Assembly (NCBI GenBank): GCA_041446545.1
Contig: JBGOEJ010000004.1
Location: 59,181 to 123,180, forward strand
From: Candidatus Fervidibacter canadensis
Lineage (GTDB): Bacteria; Armatimonadota; Fervidibacteria; Fervidibacterales; Fervidibacteraceae
Reading direction: 5' to 3'
DNA length: 64,000 bases
The notes under the pieces are model-generated. The model was not told the DNA's origin and did no database searches. It saw only the letters and a program-made list of their open reading frames with translations. This document shows positions 44,673 through 53,258 of this stretch, piece by piece. Each line of letters opens with the position of its first letter. The first letter of the stretch is position 1. Made by a program: the position numbers and the translations under genes.

Positions 44673-46574
44673 ATGGCGATGTCCTTACTGCAGCGCCTTC
44701 GGCAAGGACAGCAAGAAGCGACCATCCCATCAACGGTGAAGGCAGCGGAGGCAGAAGCAGCGGAAGCGGAGCGGCATTTGAAAGAGTTGCGGGATGCCTT
44801 GATGGATCGGGTGCTGGAAAGTCTGCCCCCGAATGCTGAAGAGATGGCGCCGATGAACCTGCGTTCCCACATAGAGACGGTCTTGGAAGCGGCGATAGAG
44901 GAGCAAGGGCTTTCGGTGCGTCCTGAAGAGCGGCGGATATTGCTGGAAGAGTTCGTCAACGAGGTGAAAGGGTTTGGACCGCTGGAGCAATTCCTCAACG
45001 ACCCGATGGTCACTTCCATCACCGTCAACGGACCGAGTGAGATGTTGGTGGAACGGATGGGAAGTGTTCAACGGGTTGGGATAACATTTCGGGATGAGGA
45101 GCATTTAAACCGCATCATCCGCAAAATCGCCCGTTTGCTGGGGGCGCGGGTGGATAGTCGGGTGCCCGTGCTGGATAAGGGCTTCCCAGAGGGAGGAAGG
45201 GTGCGCATCAAAGTGCCCCCTTTGGTGCCGACACCGACTTTGACCATTGACAAAGGTCCTGAAAACCCCTTCAGGTCGTTGAAGGAACGCTATGAACGGT
45301 CGCAATGGCAGCAGGATGCTTTGGAACATCTTCGGCAAACCCTTCAAGAACGGCTGATGCAGGAATTAGACAGAGACCCGGCTTTGATTCAGCAACGGGA
45401 TGCCTTGACACGAGTGTTGGAGGCAGCCTTTGACGAAGAGGTCACTGCCCGCAACCTCGTCCTTTCCCGCAGCGAGTGGGTGCAACTGCAAATCAGCCTC
45501 ATCAACGACATCCTCGGTTACGGTCCTTTGCAACCGCTGCTGAATGACCCAGAAATTTCCGAAATCATGGTCAACGGACCGCACCAAATCTATGTGGAGC
45601 GCAAGGGAAAGGTGGAACTGACAGGGGTGCGATTTCGGGACGAACAGCACTTGATGCGCATCATTGAGAAAATCCTTTTGCCTTTGGGCAAGCGGGTGGA
45701 TGAGCGGGTGCCGATGGTGGATGCCCGATTGCCCGACGGCAGCCGAGTTAACATCGTTATCCCGCCCATCGCCCTCAACGGTCCTTGCGTGACCATCCGA
45801 AAATTCGCCCGCGACCCCTTTACGATGAGCGATTTGATCGCCTTCGGGACGCTGACGCAGGAAGCCGCCCAATTTCTGCAGGCAGCCGTCCAAGCGCGGT
45901 TGAATATCGTCATTTCAGGCGGGGCAGGGTCAGGGAAGACGACCCTTTTGAATGTCTTGTCGGCTTACATCCCCAATGACGAACGCATCATCACCATTGA
46001 GGACACCGCTGAGTTGCAACTGCGTCAAGAGCATGTCGTTCGCCTGGAAGCCAGACCGCCCAACATTGAAGGAGTAGGCGAAGTGACCATCCGTGACTTG
46101 GTTCGCAATGCCTTGCGGATGCGTCCCGACCGCATTATCGTCGGGGAGTGCCGAGGTGGCGAAGCCTTAGACATGTTGCAGGCGATGAACACAGGCCACG
46201 ACGGCTCCATGACGACCATCCACGCCAATAATCCCAGAGAAGCCTTCGCCCGATTGGAGACGATGGTGCTGATGGCGGGAGTGGACTTGCCAGTGAAAGC
46301 GATTAGAGAGCAAGTGGCGGGAGCCATTGACCTCATCATTCAAGTGCAACGGATGCGGGACGGAAGCCGAAAGGTGGTGGTCATCAGCGAGGTGACGGGA
46401 ATGGAAGGCGATGTCATCGCTTTGCAAGACATCTTCGTCTTTGAGAGCGAGGGCGTGGATGAAATGGGGCGGGTCAAGGGAGCATTGCGCCCGACAGGTA
46501 TCCGACCCAAGTGTTTTGAGCGGTTCATTGAACGAGGCATTCGGCTCCCTGCTTCCCTGTTCTATCGGGGCTAA
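44673..46574 (+). CDS. cpaF: CpaF/TadA-family pilus-assembly (type II/IV secretion) ATPase with duplicated N-terminal module
   Basis: GGAGSGKTT Walker A, IITIEDTAEL, RPDRIIVGECRG (Walker B/Asp box), GHDGSMTTIHAN (His box). Unusually long (634 aa). Start could be ATG 44673 or 44679. Confidence 0.9.
   Translation: MAMSLLQRLRQGQQEATIPSTVKAAEAEAAEAERHLKELRDALMDRVLESLPPNAEEMAPMNLRSHIETVLEAAIEEQGLSVRPEERRILLEEFVNEVKGFGPLEQFLNDPMVTSITVNGPSEMLVERMGSVQRVGITFRDEEHLNRIIRKIARLLGARVDSRVPVLDKGFPEGGRVRIKVPPLVPTPTLTIDKGPENPFRSLKERYERSQWQQDALEHLRQTLQERLMQELDRDPALIQQRDALTRVLEAAFDEEVTARNLVLSRSEWVQLQISLINDILGYGPLQPLLNDPEISEIMVNGPHQIYVERKGKVELTGVRFRDEQHLMRIIEKILLPLGKRVDERVPMVDARLPDGSRVNIVIPPIALNGPCVTIRKFARDPFTMSDLIAFGTLTQEAAQFLQAAVQARLNIVISGGAGSGKTTLLNVLSAYIPNDERIITIEDTAELQLRQEHVVRLEARPPNIEGVGEVTIRDLVRNALRMRPDRIIVGECRGGEALDMLQAMNTGHDGSMTTIHANNPREAFARLETMVLMAGVDLPVKAIREQVAGAIDLIIQVQRMRDGSRKVVVISEVTGMEGDVIALQDIFVFESEGVDEMGRVKGALRPTGIRPKCFERFIERGIRLPASLFYRG
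44772..45275 (+). repeat. CpaF N-terminal module, copy 1 (degenerate)
   Basis: LKELRDALMDRVLESL...GFGPLEQFLNDPMVTSITVNGPSEMLVERMG...FRDEEHLNRIIRKIA...VPPLVPTPTLTIDKG parallels copy 2. Confidence 0.7.
45315..45824 (+). repeat. CpaF N-terminal module, copy 2 (canonical, abuts the ATPase domain)
   Basis: LEHLRQTLQERLMQEL...GYGPLQPLLNDPEISEIMVNGPHQIYVERKG...FRDEQHLMRIIEKIL...IPPIALNGPCVTIRKF. Confidence 0.7.
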
Positions 46575-46607
46575 AGGGCTGTCCTATCAAAGCGTCGGTG
46601 ATGCGCG

Positions 46608-47654
46608 ATGGTGGAAATTGCCCTTTTGGCAGTCGGCGCACTGTGGCTGATGTCTTTGGCTTGGGGCTTTTACCAGTATTTGCAGGAAGCCCGCAAAATC
46701 CCTTTGAGGCTTCGGACTTTGGAAGCGACGACGGGGGAGTTGGAAGGGGTCAACCTTGCCCAGCCCAGTAACGCCAATTTGGATGAGGCGTGGGAACGGC
46801 AAATCCTCAAGACAGCGCCGCCAATGTTTCCGACCCTTCAACGCTATCTGAGCGGAAAGCAATGGATGAGTCGGCTGGAGCAGGAAATTCAAAAAGCCCA
46901 TGTCTCTTTAGAAGCCAGCAGCCTCGTGGCGATGACCCTTTTGGGGATGGGCTTTGCCTTGGCGGTCACTGCCATCCTTGTCACCTTGTTTGCCCCGACT
47001 GCCTCACCTTTTGCGCGATTGCTTTTGGCACTATTGGCAGCAGGGAGCGTTCCCTTCTTCGTCTTGCAATGGTTGCGATACTGTCAACGGCGTTTCCTTC
47101 GTCGGGTGGAACTCATTTTGCCTGACACCCTCAGTCTGCTCGCCAACACCTTGCGGGCAGGGATGGGATTTCAGCAAGCGTTGGAGATCGCCTCCCGGGA
47201 GGGGTTGTCGCCCTTGAAGGAGGAATTTGCGGCTGTCACCCGTTCCCTGACTTTGGGGGTAACGATAGAGGAAGCCTTAGAGGCGTTGATGCAGCGAGTT
47301 CCCAGCCCTGAATTGCAACTGGCGTTGGTGGCAGCGTTAGTGCAACGAGAGGTCGGCGGGAGTTTGGCGCAAGTGTTTGAGACGGCGGCAGTGACCGTCC
47401 GTCGCCGCTTGCAAGCCCGCCGTGAGTTGCAAGCGGAAACGGCGCTTCCTCGCCTTAGCGCCATCGCTTTAGCCTTTGGCTTGCCCCTTTTCATGTTCGT
47501 CGCCATCAACCTCGTCACTTATCTGCAAACCCGTGAAGCGTGGTCGGCACCCATGTTCACTTCCGAGGGACGCTTCTTTTGGGGCATCATCGCCCTCTTG
47601 GAGGTGTGCGGTTGGGTTTGGCTCTCTCAAGTCCTCGCCCGCTTGAGCGAATAA
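46608..47654 (+). CDS. tadB: TadB-like pilus platform protein (T2SSF domain)
   Basis: TM helices plus LPDTLSLLANTLRAGMGFQQALE...VGGSLAQVFE T2SSF motif. Follows cpaF. Confidence 0.7.
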   Translation: MVEIALLAVGALWLMSLAWGFYQYLQEARKIPLRLRTLEATTGELEGVNLAQPSNANLDEAWERQILKTAPPMFPTLQRYLSGKQWMSRLEQEIQKAHVSLEASSLVAMTLLGMGFALAVTAILVTLFAPTASPFARLLLALLAAGSVPFFVLQWLRYCQRRFLRRVELILPDTLSLLANTLRAGMGFQQALEIASREGLSPLKEEFAAVTRSLTLGVTIEEALEALMQRVPSPELQLALVAALVQREVGGSLAQVFETAAVTVRRRLQARRELQAETALPRLSAIALAFGLPLFMFVAINLVTYLQTREAWSAPMFTSEGRFFWGIIALLEVCGWVWLSQVLARLSE

Positions 47655-47675
47655 CCTGACAAGGAGGGGCGAAAG

Positions 47676-48500
47676 GTGTGGCTGCGTCGGTCGCCGTTGG
47701 AACGGTTGCAGTCTCCTGAAGAAACCCGACGGATTGTTCGTCCGCCTTGGTTGCTGCTGGCGGGGTTGATAGGATGGCGCTTTCCGAAAGGCTATCTGAA
47801 CCGCTACCGCTTGCTCGTTCATAGAGCGGGCTTAGTGGGGCGAGTGCTGCCAGAGGAGATCGTCGGGTTCAAATTGCTCTGTGGGCTGGGGGGAGTCATT
47901 GTCGGTGTTGCCCTGCACTCCTTAGTGGCGCAAGGGTTAGGGCAAGGAGTGGCTTTGCTGGTGCCCTTCCTTGCCGCTTTTGGGGGCTTTTCCTTCCCTG
48001 ATTTTTGGCTTCGCCGTCATATCGCCCGACGGCGCCACCAAATTATCCGTGCCCTCCCTGATTTCGTGGATTTGCTGGCGGCGACTGTTTCGGCGGGATT
48101 GAGTTTGGATGCTGCCATTGACCGCATCGCCCGCCGTTTCCCAGGTCCTTTGGGCGAGGAGTTTCAGCGTTACCTTTGGGAGGTGCAATTGGGACGAAGG
48201 CGGGGGGAAGCCTTGTTGGCGATGGCGGAACGGGTAGACAGCGACGATTTACGGCTATTGGCTGCCGCCCTGACGCAGGCGGACTTGTTCGGCATCCCTG
48301 TCGCCAATGTCCTTCGGGCGCAAGCGGAGGATTTGCGAGACCGCCGCTTCCAACAAGCCCGCGAGCGAGCCCGAAAAGCCCCCCTTTGGATGGTGCCTGC
48401 CATCGCCCTCTTTTTCTGCCCCATCCTCTTTCTGCTCCTCTTTGCTCCGTTGCTCTTACGGTTGCGCGCTTCGGGGTCTTTGAGCGTCTTCGGTTTTTAG
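47676..48500 (+). CDS. tadC: TadC-like pilus platform protein (T2SSF domain)
   Basis: LPDFVDLLAATVSAGLSLDAAI...FGIPVANVLRAQAEDLR. SD AAGGAGGGG precedes GTG 47676. Confidence 0.7.
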   Translation: MWLRRSPLERLQSPEETRRIVRPPWLLLAGLIGWRFPKGYLNRYRLLVHRAGLVGRVLPEEIVGFKLLCGLGGVIVGVALHSLVAQGLGQGVALLVPFLAAFGGFSFPDFWLRRHIARRRHQIIRALPDFVDLLAATVSAGLSLDAAIDRIARRFPGPLGEEFQRYLWEVQLGRRRGEALLAMAERVDSDDLRLLAAALTQADLFGIPVANVLRAQAEDLRDRRFQQARERARKAPLWMVPAIALFFCPILFLLLFAPLLLRLRASGSLSVFGF

Positions 48501-48509
48501 CCCATCGGA

Positions 48510-48890
48510 TTGGGGGCGACAGGGTTGTGGTGGGCGAAGGTCATCAACTTGCGGACGGGCAACATCCTTTGTGAGCGGTGTGCCATCGCCACAAGTTACT
48601 GGCTTCGTCTTCGGGGTTGGATGTTCCGCCGCCACCTTGACCCTGAGGAAGGTTTGCTTCTTGCCCCTGCCATCGGCGGCATCCACACCTTTTTCCTCGG
48701 TTGCCCCATTGATGTCGCCTACATGGATGCCCACTTGAAAGTTGTCGCCCTTTGGCGGGCGATGCCTCCTTGGCGCCTCTGGATTCCTCGGCGTCGGGAT
48801 GCGATGATGGTGCTGGAACTGCCTTCGGGAGGGCTTGCCGAAACCCAAGTGGGCGATCAGTTAAAAATCGTCTTGGTCTGCTGGCGGTGA
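48510..48890 (+). CDS. DUF192 (COG1430) family protein
   Basis: A..YWLRLRGWMFR...GLLLAP..GIHTFFLGCPIDVAYMD...VLELPSG matches the DUF192 pattern. TTG start is uncertain. Confidence 0.55.
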   Translation: MGATGLWWAKVINLRTGNILCERCAIATSYWLRLRGWMFRRHLDPEEGLLLAPAIGGIHTFFLGCPIDVAYMDAHLKVVALWRAMPPWRLWIPRRRDAMMVLELPSGGLAETQVGDQLKIVLVCWR

Positions 48891-48933
48891 GCCCGTTACC
48901 ATATCCCTGAGCGGTTGTCTAAGCCAATGAGCG

Positions 48934-48959
48934 AGGTGAAGGGGCTGCCCCGCTCACCT
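48934..48959 (+). terminator. Stem-loop downstream of the cpaF-tadBC-DUF192 unit (possible terminator, no U-tract)
   Basis: AGGTGA-A-GGGG-CTG-CCCC-GC-TCACCT: 6+4 bp interrupted stem, 44 nt after the stop. Confidence 0.2.
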
Positions 48960-49023
48960 GTCCTCAAAGCCCAAAGGAAAGGGGCAGTCCGTTTGCAAAA
49001 TGGAACGCACATCGGTGCTTTCC

Positions 49024-49824
49024 ATGTCTGGGCGAAACATTCACCCGACCGCCGTCGTCAGCAGCAAGGCGGAGTTAGGCGATGGGGTCGTCATCGGACC
49101 TTATTGCATCGTGGAAGAGGACGCCGTCATCGGCGACGGATGTATCTTAGAGGCGTATGTCGTCGTCAAGCGCTACACCCAACTGGGCTGTTTCAATCAC
49201 ATCTACCCAGGCACTGTCTTGGGTGGCGAACCGCAAGACCAAAAGTTCAAAGGCGAACGAAGTTTTTTGATCATCGGCAACCGCAACATCATCCGAGAAC
49301 ATGTCACCATCCATCGGGCGACCGGGGAAGACCAAGCCACCATCATCGGTAACGATAACCTCATCATGGCTTACTGCCACATCGGACACAACTGTCGGCT
49401 GGGTGACCAAATTTCCATCGCCAGTTATTCGGGCATCAGCGGGCATGCCGTCATTGAGTCCTTCGTCACCATCGGCGGGATGACAGGCATCCACCAGTTC
49501 GTCACTGTCGGCAAACTGGCGATGATTGGGGGCATGTCTAAGGTCGTGCAGGATGTCCCGCCCTTCATGTTAGCGGATGGTCGTCCCGCTAAGGTCGTCG
49601 GGCTCAATGTCGTCGGGCTGCGTCGGGCGATGATCCCCCCCGAAGTCCGTGAGACCCTCCATGAAGCCTATCGCCTGCTCTATCGGGCGAACCTGAACAC
49701 CCGCCAAGCCTTAGAGCAAATTGAGACGGAATTGCCCGAAAGCGAAGAACTTCGCTACCTCGTGGACTTCATCCGTCGTGTCTCTCAGGGTTATCTGGGA
49801 CGGCAACGCAACGCCCACCGCTGA
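49024..49824 (+). CDS. lpxA: Acyl-ACP--UDP-N-acetylglucosamine O-acyltransferase
   Basis: IHPTAVV..A.LG.GV.IGPY hexapeptide repeats, MAYCHIGHNC, and C-terminal helical domain (GLNVVGLRR...EAYRLLYR). Confidence 0.9.
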   Translation: MSGRNIHPTAVVSSKAELGDGVVIGPYCIVEEDAVIGDGCILEAYVVVKRYTQLGCFNHIYPGTVLGGEPQDQKFKGERSFLIIGNRNIIREHVTIHRATGEDQATIIGNDNLIMAYCHIGHNCRLGDQISIASYSGISGHAVIESFVTIGGMTGIHQFVTVGKLAMIGGMSKVVQDVPPFMLADGRPAKVVGLNVVGLRRAMIPPEVRETLHEAYRLLYRANLNTRQALEQIETELPESEELRYLVDFIRRVSQGYLGRQRNAHR

Positions 49825-50046
49825 AACGGCGGCGAAGGTCGTCAGTCCGCACCGTAAGGACTTTCCAAACGCACTTTCGTTGAAGGGCGTTCCTCTTTTG
49901 AGGCACCATCGGTCTGTCAGCGCTACACTTACCCTCGTGGCTAATAGCCGCTTTCGTGGCGGGGTGTCGTGAAGGCAAAAAAGCGGTGTCGGGTTGGCAA
50001 GGGCGCTCGTTAAGGGGCGAAAGCAACGGTCATGGGGGGATTTCGC

Positions 50047-51894
50047 ATGCCCTTGGCTATCCTGCGCATTTGCCGACTTTCAGCAACTCTTCCCCCCTGC
50101 CCATCGGCTTACCGACAAACCGTTGGGCTCAGCGGCAACTTCGCCCTCCTCTTGCCTTGCCTTCTCTTCTTCTCCTTGCCCTTATCGGCACAACTTGCAC
50201 CCTCTGAGCCTGCTCCTTCAGGGGTCGCCGAAAAAGGCACAGTGAATGTTTTGGGCAAAGAGTTTGCTGACTTGCCAATTCTTTGGCGAGACGAACCCTA
50301 TGTGCCTGTGGGCGAATGGTTGAAGGGTTTGGGACTTTCTTGGACGGTGCAAGGGAAGGCGCTTGTCCTGCAACTTCCTCAAAGCGGGACGGAACAAATG
50401 TCGGTGGTCTGGACGGCGGAAACCGTCACCCTTTCCGTCCGTGACCTCTCTGTCAAGGTCGCCCCACTCCTTCAAGCCGATGGGCGATGGTGGTTGCCTT
50501 TAGTAAGTCTCGCCCGTCTGTTGGGACTGCGATGGTTTGTGAACGAAAAGGAGCGTCAAGTCAAACTCCTTGCTGCCCTGCAAAGGGTGCAATTGCGTCC
50601 CATCTCTGTCGGTTGGCTTTTGGAGGTGACAGTGAGTTACCCTCTTCCCTCTCCTCCCCGCCTTCAAACCCTTTCCCAACCAGACCGCGCTTATGCCGAT
50701 TTTGACGGCGCTTGCTTAGACCTCTCGGAGGTTTTGCCCTCAGGGATGGACATTTTAATGGGTGTTCGGGTCGGGCAATTCAGTAGCGACCCACCCATCG
50801 TCCGTGTCGTCGTGGATGCCAAAGAGCCGTTGCGCCTTTATTGCCTCGGTCGTCAGCCAAGCAAAGCAAGGCGGGAAGGTGAGACTTCTTTTGAGCCACC
50901 TTTTGGAGAACGATGGCTTTTTTTGCTGCAACCAGCTCAACGACGACAACCTTGGTTGGGTGCTATCACGCTGGAAGAAAACTCCTTTCAAAGAGCCGTC
51001 GTTCGCCTTCAGGGTTGGTTTGAGGCTGTCCCGACCCTCACTCAACAAGGCAACCGCTTGATGGTGGAAGTGCCCGCTTTGTTTCTCCTAACGGAACGGG
51101 ACGAGGGACGAGGGACAGGGAGCGGAGAGAAGGGAGGCAGCGAGAAACCATTGCTCCTTGCGCCTTCGGAGGGTGTCATCCAAGACATTGACATCGTACC
51201 GACGGAACGAGTCACCCGCATCCTCATCCTTTTGCGCGCCCCTCTAAGCGGGCGACTTCACCCATCGGGAGACGAGGCATGGCTTTTGGTCATAGAACCT
51301 TCTCAAAAGCCTCTTCGGCAACGGCTCATCGTCGTGGACGCTGGGCATGGTGGGACTGACCCGGGCGCTTCGTCGCCTTTCAGCCCTCTCGTGGAAAAGC
51401 AGTTAACTTTGGACATCGCTTTGCGCCTTCGTCGGTTACTTCAGCAGGCGGGTTATCGTGTCCAAATGACCCGTGAAGCGGATGTTTACATCTCCCTTGC
51501 CGAACGGGTCGCTATCGCCAACAAACTGCAAGCGGATGCTTTCGTCAGCGTCCACCTCAACTCGTTCCCTCGTCCCGGCGAGCGCGAGGGCACGGAAGTT
51601 TACTATTGGACGCCTCAAAGTTTTCCCTTGGCGGAAGCCATTTACCGCAACCTGTTGGCGTTGGTAGGGCGCAAGGGCAACGGAGTTCGGCAGCGGCGCT
51701 TTTATGTCATCCATCACACGACGATGCCGTCCGTGTTGGTGGAAGCCTGTTACCTGAACCATCCCGAAGAGGAACGGCTGCTGCGAGACGAAAACTTTCG
51801 GGAGAAAATTGCCCTCGCCATCTTTCGGGGCATCGTGGAATTTTTCGGCGACCGCCAACTCCTTCAACGAGCGCCCAGCGAAATTGGCAGGTAA
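50047..51894 (+). CDS. N-acetylmuramoyl-L-alanine amidase (Amidase_3) with N-terminal copper-amine-oxidase-N-like and AMIN-like domains
   Basis: LIVVDAGHGGTDPGA, FVSVHLNS, EACYLNHPEE. AMIN-like VRVGQFSSDPPIVRVVVD. Signal-like hydrophobic segment. Confidence 0.8.
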   Translation: MPLAILRICRLSATLPPCPSAYRQTVGLSGNFALLLPCLLFFSLPLSAQLAPSEPAPSGVAEKGTVNVLGKEFADLPILWRDEPYVPVGEWLKGLGLSWTVQGKALVLQLPQSGTEQMSVVWTAETVTLSVRDLSVKVAPLLQADGRWWLPLVSLARLLGLRWFVNEKERQVKLLAALQRVQLRPISVGWLLEVTVSYPLPSPPRLQTLSQPDRAYADFDGACLDLSEVLPSGMDILMGVRVGQFSSDPPIVRVVVDAKEPLRLYCLGRQPSKARREGETSFEPPFGERWLFLLQPAQRRQPWLGAITLEENSFQRAVVRLQGWFEAVPTLTQQGNRLMVEVPALFLLTERDEGRGTGSGEKGGSEKPLLLAPSEGVIQDIDIVPTERVTRILILLRAPLSGRLHPSGDEAWLLVIEPSQKPLRQRLIVVDAGHGGTDPGASSPFSPLVEKQLTLDIALRLRRLLQQAGYRVQMTREADVYISLAERVAIANKLQADAFVSVHLNSFPRPGEREGTEVYYWTPQSFPLAEAIYRNLLALVGRKGNGVRQRRFYVIHHTTMPSVLVEACYLNHPEEERLLRDENFREKIALAIFRGIVEFFGDRQLLQRAPSEIGR

Positions 51895-51943
51895 GGGACA
51901 GCAGGGAAAAGGCAAGGTCGCCAACGAAGGGAGATGCAGAAGG

Positions 51944-52486
51944 ATGCGAAAGAGAGAGGCGACAATGTTTCTCTTGGCTGCAGCGGTGGCTGTCTTTACC
52001 GCTTTGGCACTCTTCGCCTTGATGCACTTTTCCTTTTCCCGCCAACCTCCGCCAGAGGACGAAAGCGCTGCCAGTGCCACTTTTCAAGTCATCCTTTGCT
52101 ATCCTGACCTGAAAAACGACCGCTTAGTGCGCGAGCCGATGGTGTTTGTAGGGATGAGCCGAAAGAGGGTCGTGGAGGAAATCGTCAGGCGGTTGCAATC
52201 GCCTCCCGCCGGGCTTGACCCTGCCTTGCCGCCTTCTGTAAGGTTGCAATCGGTTCAATGGCAAGGGACGACGCTGGTCTTGGACTTTGATGCTGCCTTG
52301 ACCGACCCGCAGTTTTGGCAAGGGAGCGAAGTCGCCCACCTGCGCTTGCAAGCCCTTGTCCATTCCCTCACTTCTCTGCCGCAGGTGCAACGGGTGCAGT
52401 TAACGGTGAACGGTCAACCGCCTGAACCGTTGGGAGGGCACGAAGAAGTGAGTGAACCGCTCCCTCCTGACCCTTCCTTGCGTTGA
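51944..52486 (+). CDS. GerMN-domain protein with N-terminal membrane anchor
   Basis: TM segment FLLAAAVAVFTALALFAL. LVLDF...QALVHSLTSLPQVQRVQLTVNGQ is typical of GerMN. Confidence 0.55.
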   Translation: MRKREATMFLLAAAVAVFTALALFALMHFSFSRQPPPEDESAASATFQVILCYPDLKNDRLVREPMVFVGMSRKRVVEEIVRRLQSPPAGLDPALPPSVRLQSVQWQGTTLVLDFDAALTDPQFWQGSEVAHLRLQALVHSLTSLPQVQRVQLTVNGQPPEPLGGHEEVSEPLPPDPSLR

Positions 52487-52517
52487 AGGTGTCGGCTTCC
52501 TGCGGCGGTTGGAGCGG

Positions 52518-53258
52518 TTAGCAAGGCGACGGGCTATTAGCCTCAAAGTTGCAACTACCCTTTTGTTGCCTCCCTTGCAGGAGGGCTTCAGCGAGGAGCA
52601 AGTCAGCGGGATAAGTGACCTTCAAGTTGGTCGGTTCGCCCATGACCAAACGGATGGGTGCGCCCATCCGTTCTACGAGCGTCGCATCATCGGTGGCGGT
52701 AAAGCCATCGGAAAGGGCTTTTTCGTGGGCGGCAAGTAAAAGGTCGGCAGCAAAGACTTGAGGCGTCTGCGCCAGCCAAATTTGTTGGCGATCCAAGGTC
52801 TCGGCGATGAGCACGCCGTCCAAAGAGCGCTTGACCGTATCGGGACAAGGCAAGGCAGCGATGGCGGCGCTGCCGATTTCCCTCGCTGCTTCCCAGACGG
52901 CGATGAGCAATGCCGGTGTCACTAAAGGGCGGGCGGCGTCGTGGACGATGACCCATTCGGTCCCTGAGGGCAATGCTTGCAAGCCCCTCCAAACTGATTG
53001 CTGGCGGTCTTCGCCACCTTCTACCAGCCAAACAGGTTTGCACAGGGCAAGGGCTTGACAACATCGTTCAAACTCCGAGCGGTGAGAAGATGGGACGACC
53101 AAGACGATACCATCCACGATAGGCGTTTGCTCCAACGCTTCCATCACCCAACCGACCATCGGCTTACCAGCAATGGTCACCAACGCTTTGGGCACATCCT
53201 TTGTCCCGCTTTTAAGCCTTTTGCCCAGACCGGCGGCGGGGACTACCGAAATCGTCAT
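52518..53258 (-). CDS. ispD: 2-C-methyl-D-erythritol 4-phosphate cytidylyltransferase
   Basis: VVPAAGLGKRL...PKALV..AGKP, VIVHDAARP, QTPQVF. Conserved radA/PIN-TRAM/ispD synteny as in Bacillus. The start is uncertain (overlaps the upstream gene). Confidence 0.85.
   Translation of the reverse strand: MTISVVPAAGLGKRLKSGTKDVPKALVTIAGKPMVGWVMEALEQTPIVDGIVLVVPSSHRSEFERCCQALALCKPVWLVEGGEDRQQSVWRGLQALPSGTEWVIVHDAARPLVTPALLIAVWEAAREIGSAAIAALPCPDTVKRSLDGVLIAETLDRQQIWLAQTPQVFAADLLLAAHEKALSDGFTATDDATLVERMGAPIRLVMGEPTNLKVTYPADLLLAEALLQGRQQKGSCNFEANSPSPC

Noticed and set aside
49825-50046. ~220-nt non-coding gap after lpxA as a candidate small RNA or riboswitch
   Set aside because: It contains only short imperfect hairpins (e.g. 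AGTCC..GGACT). No motif of a known RNA family, promoter or terminator is recognisable. It probably holds the amidase promoter and leader.
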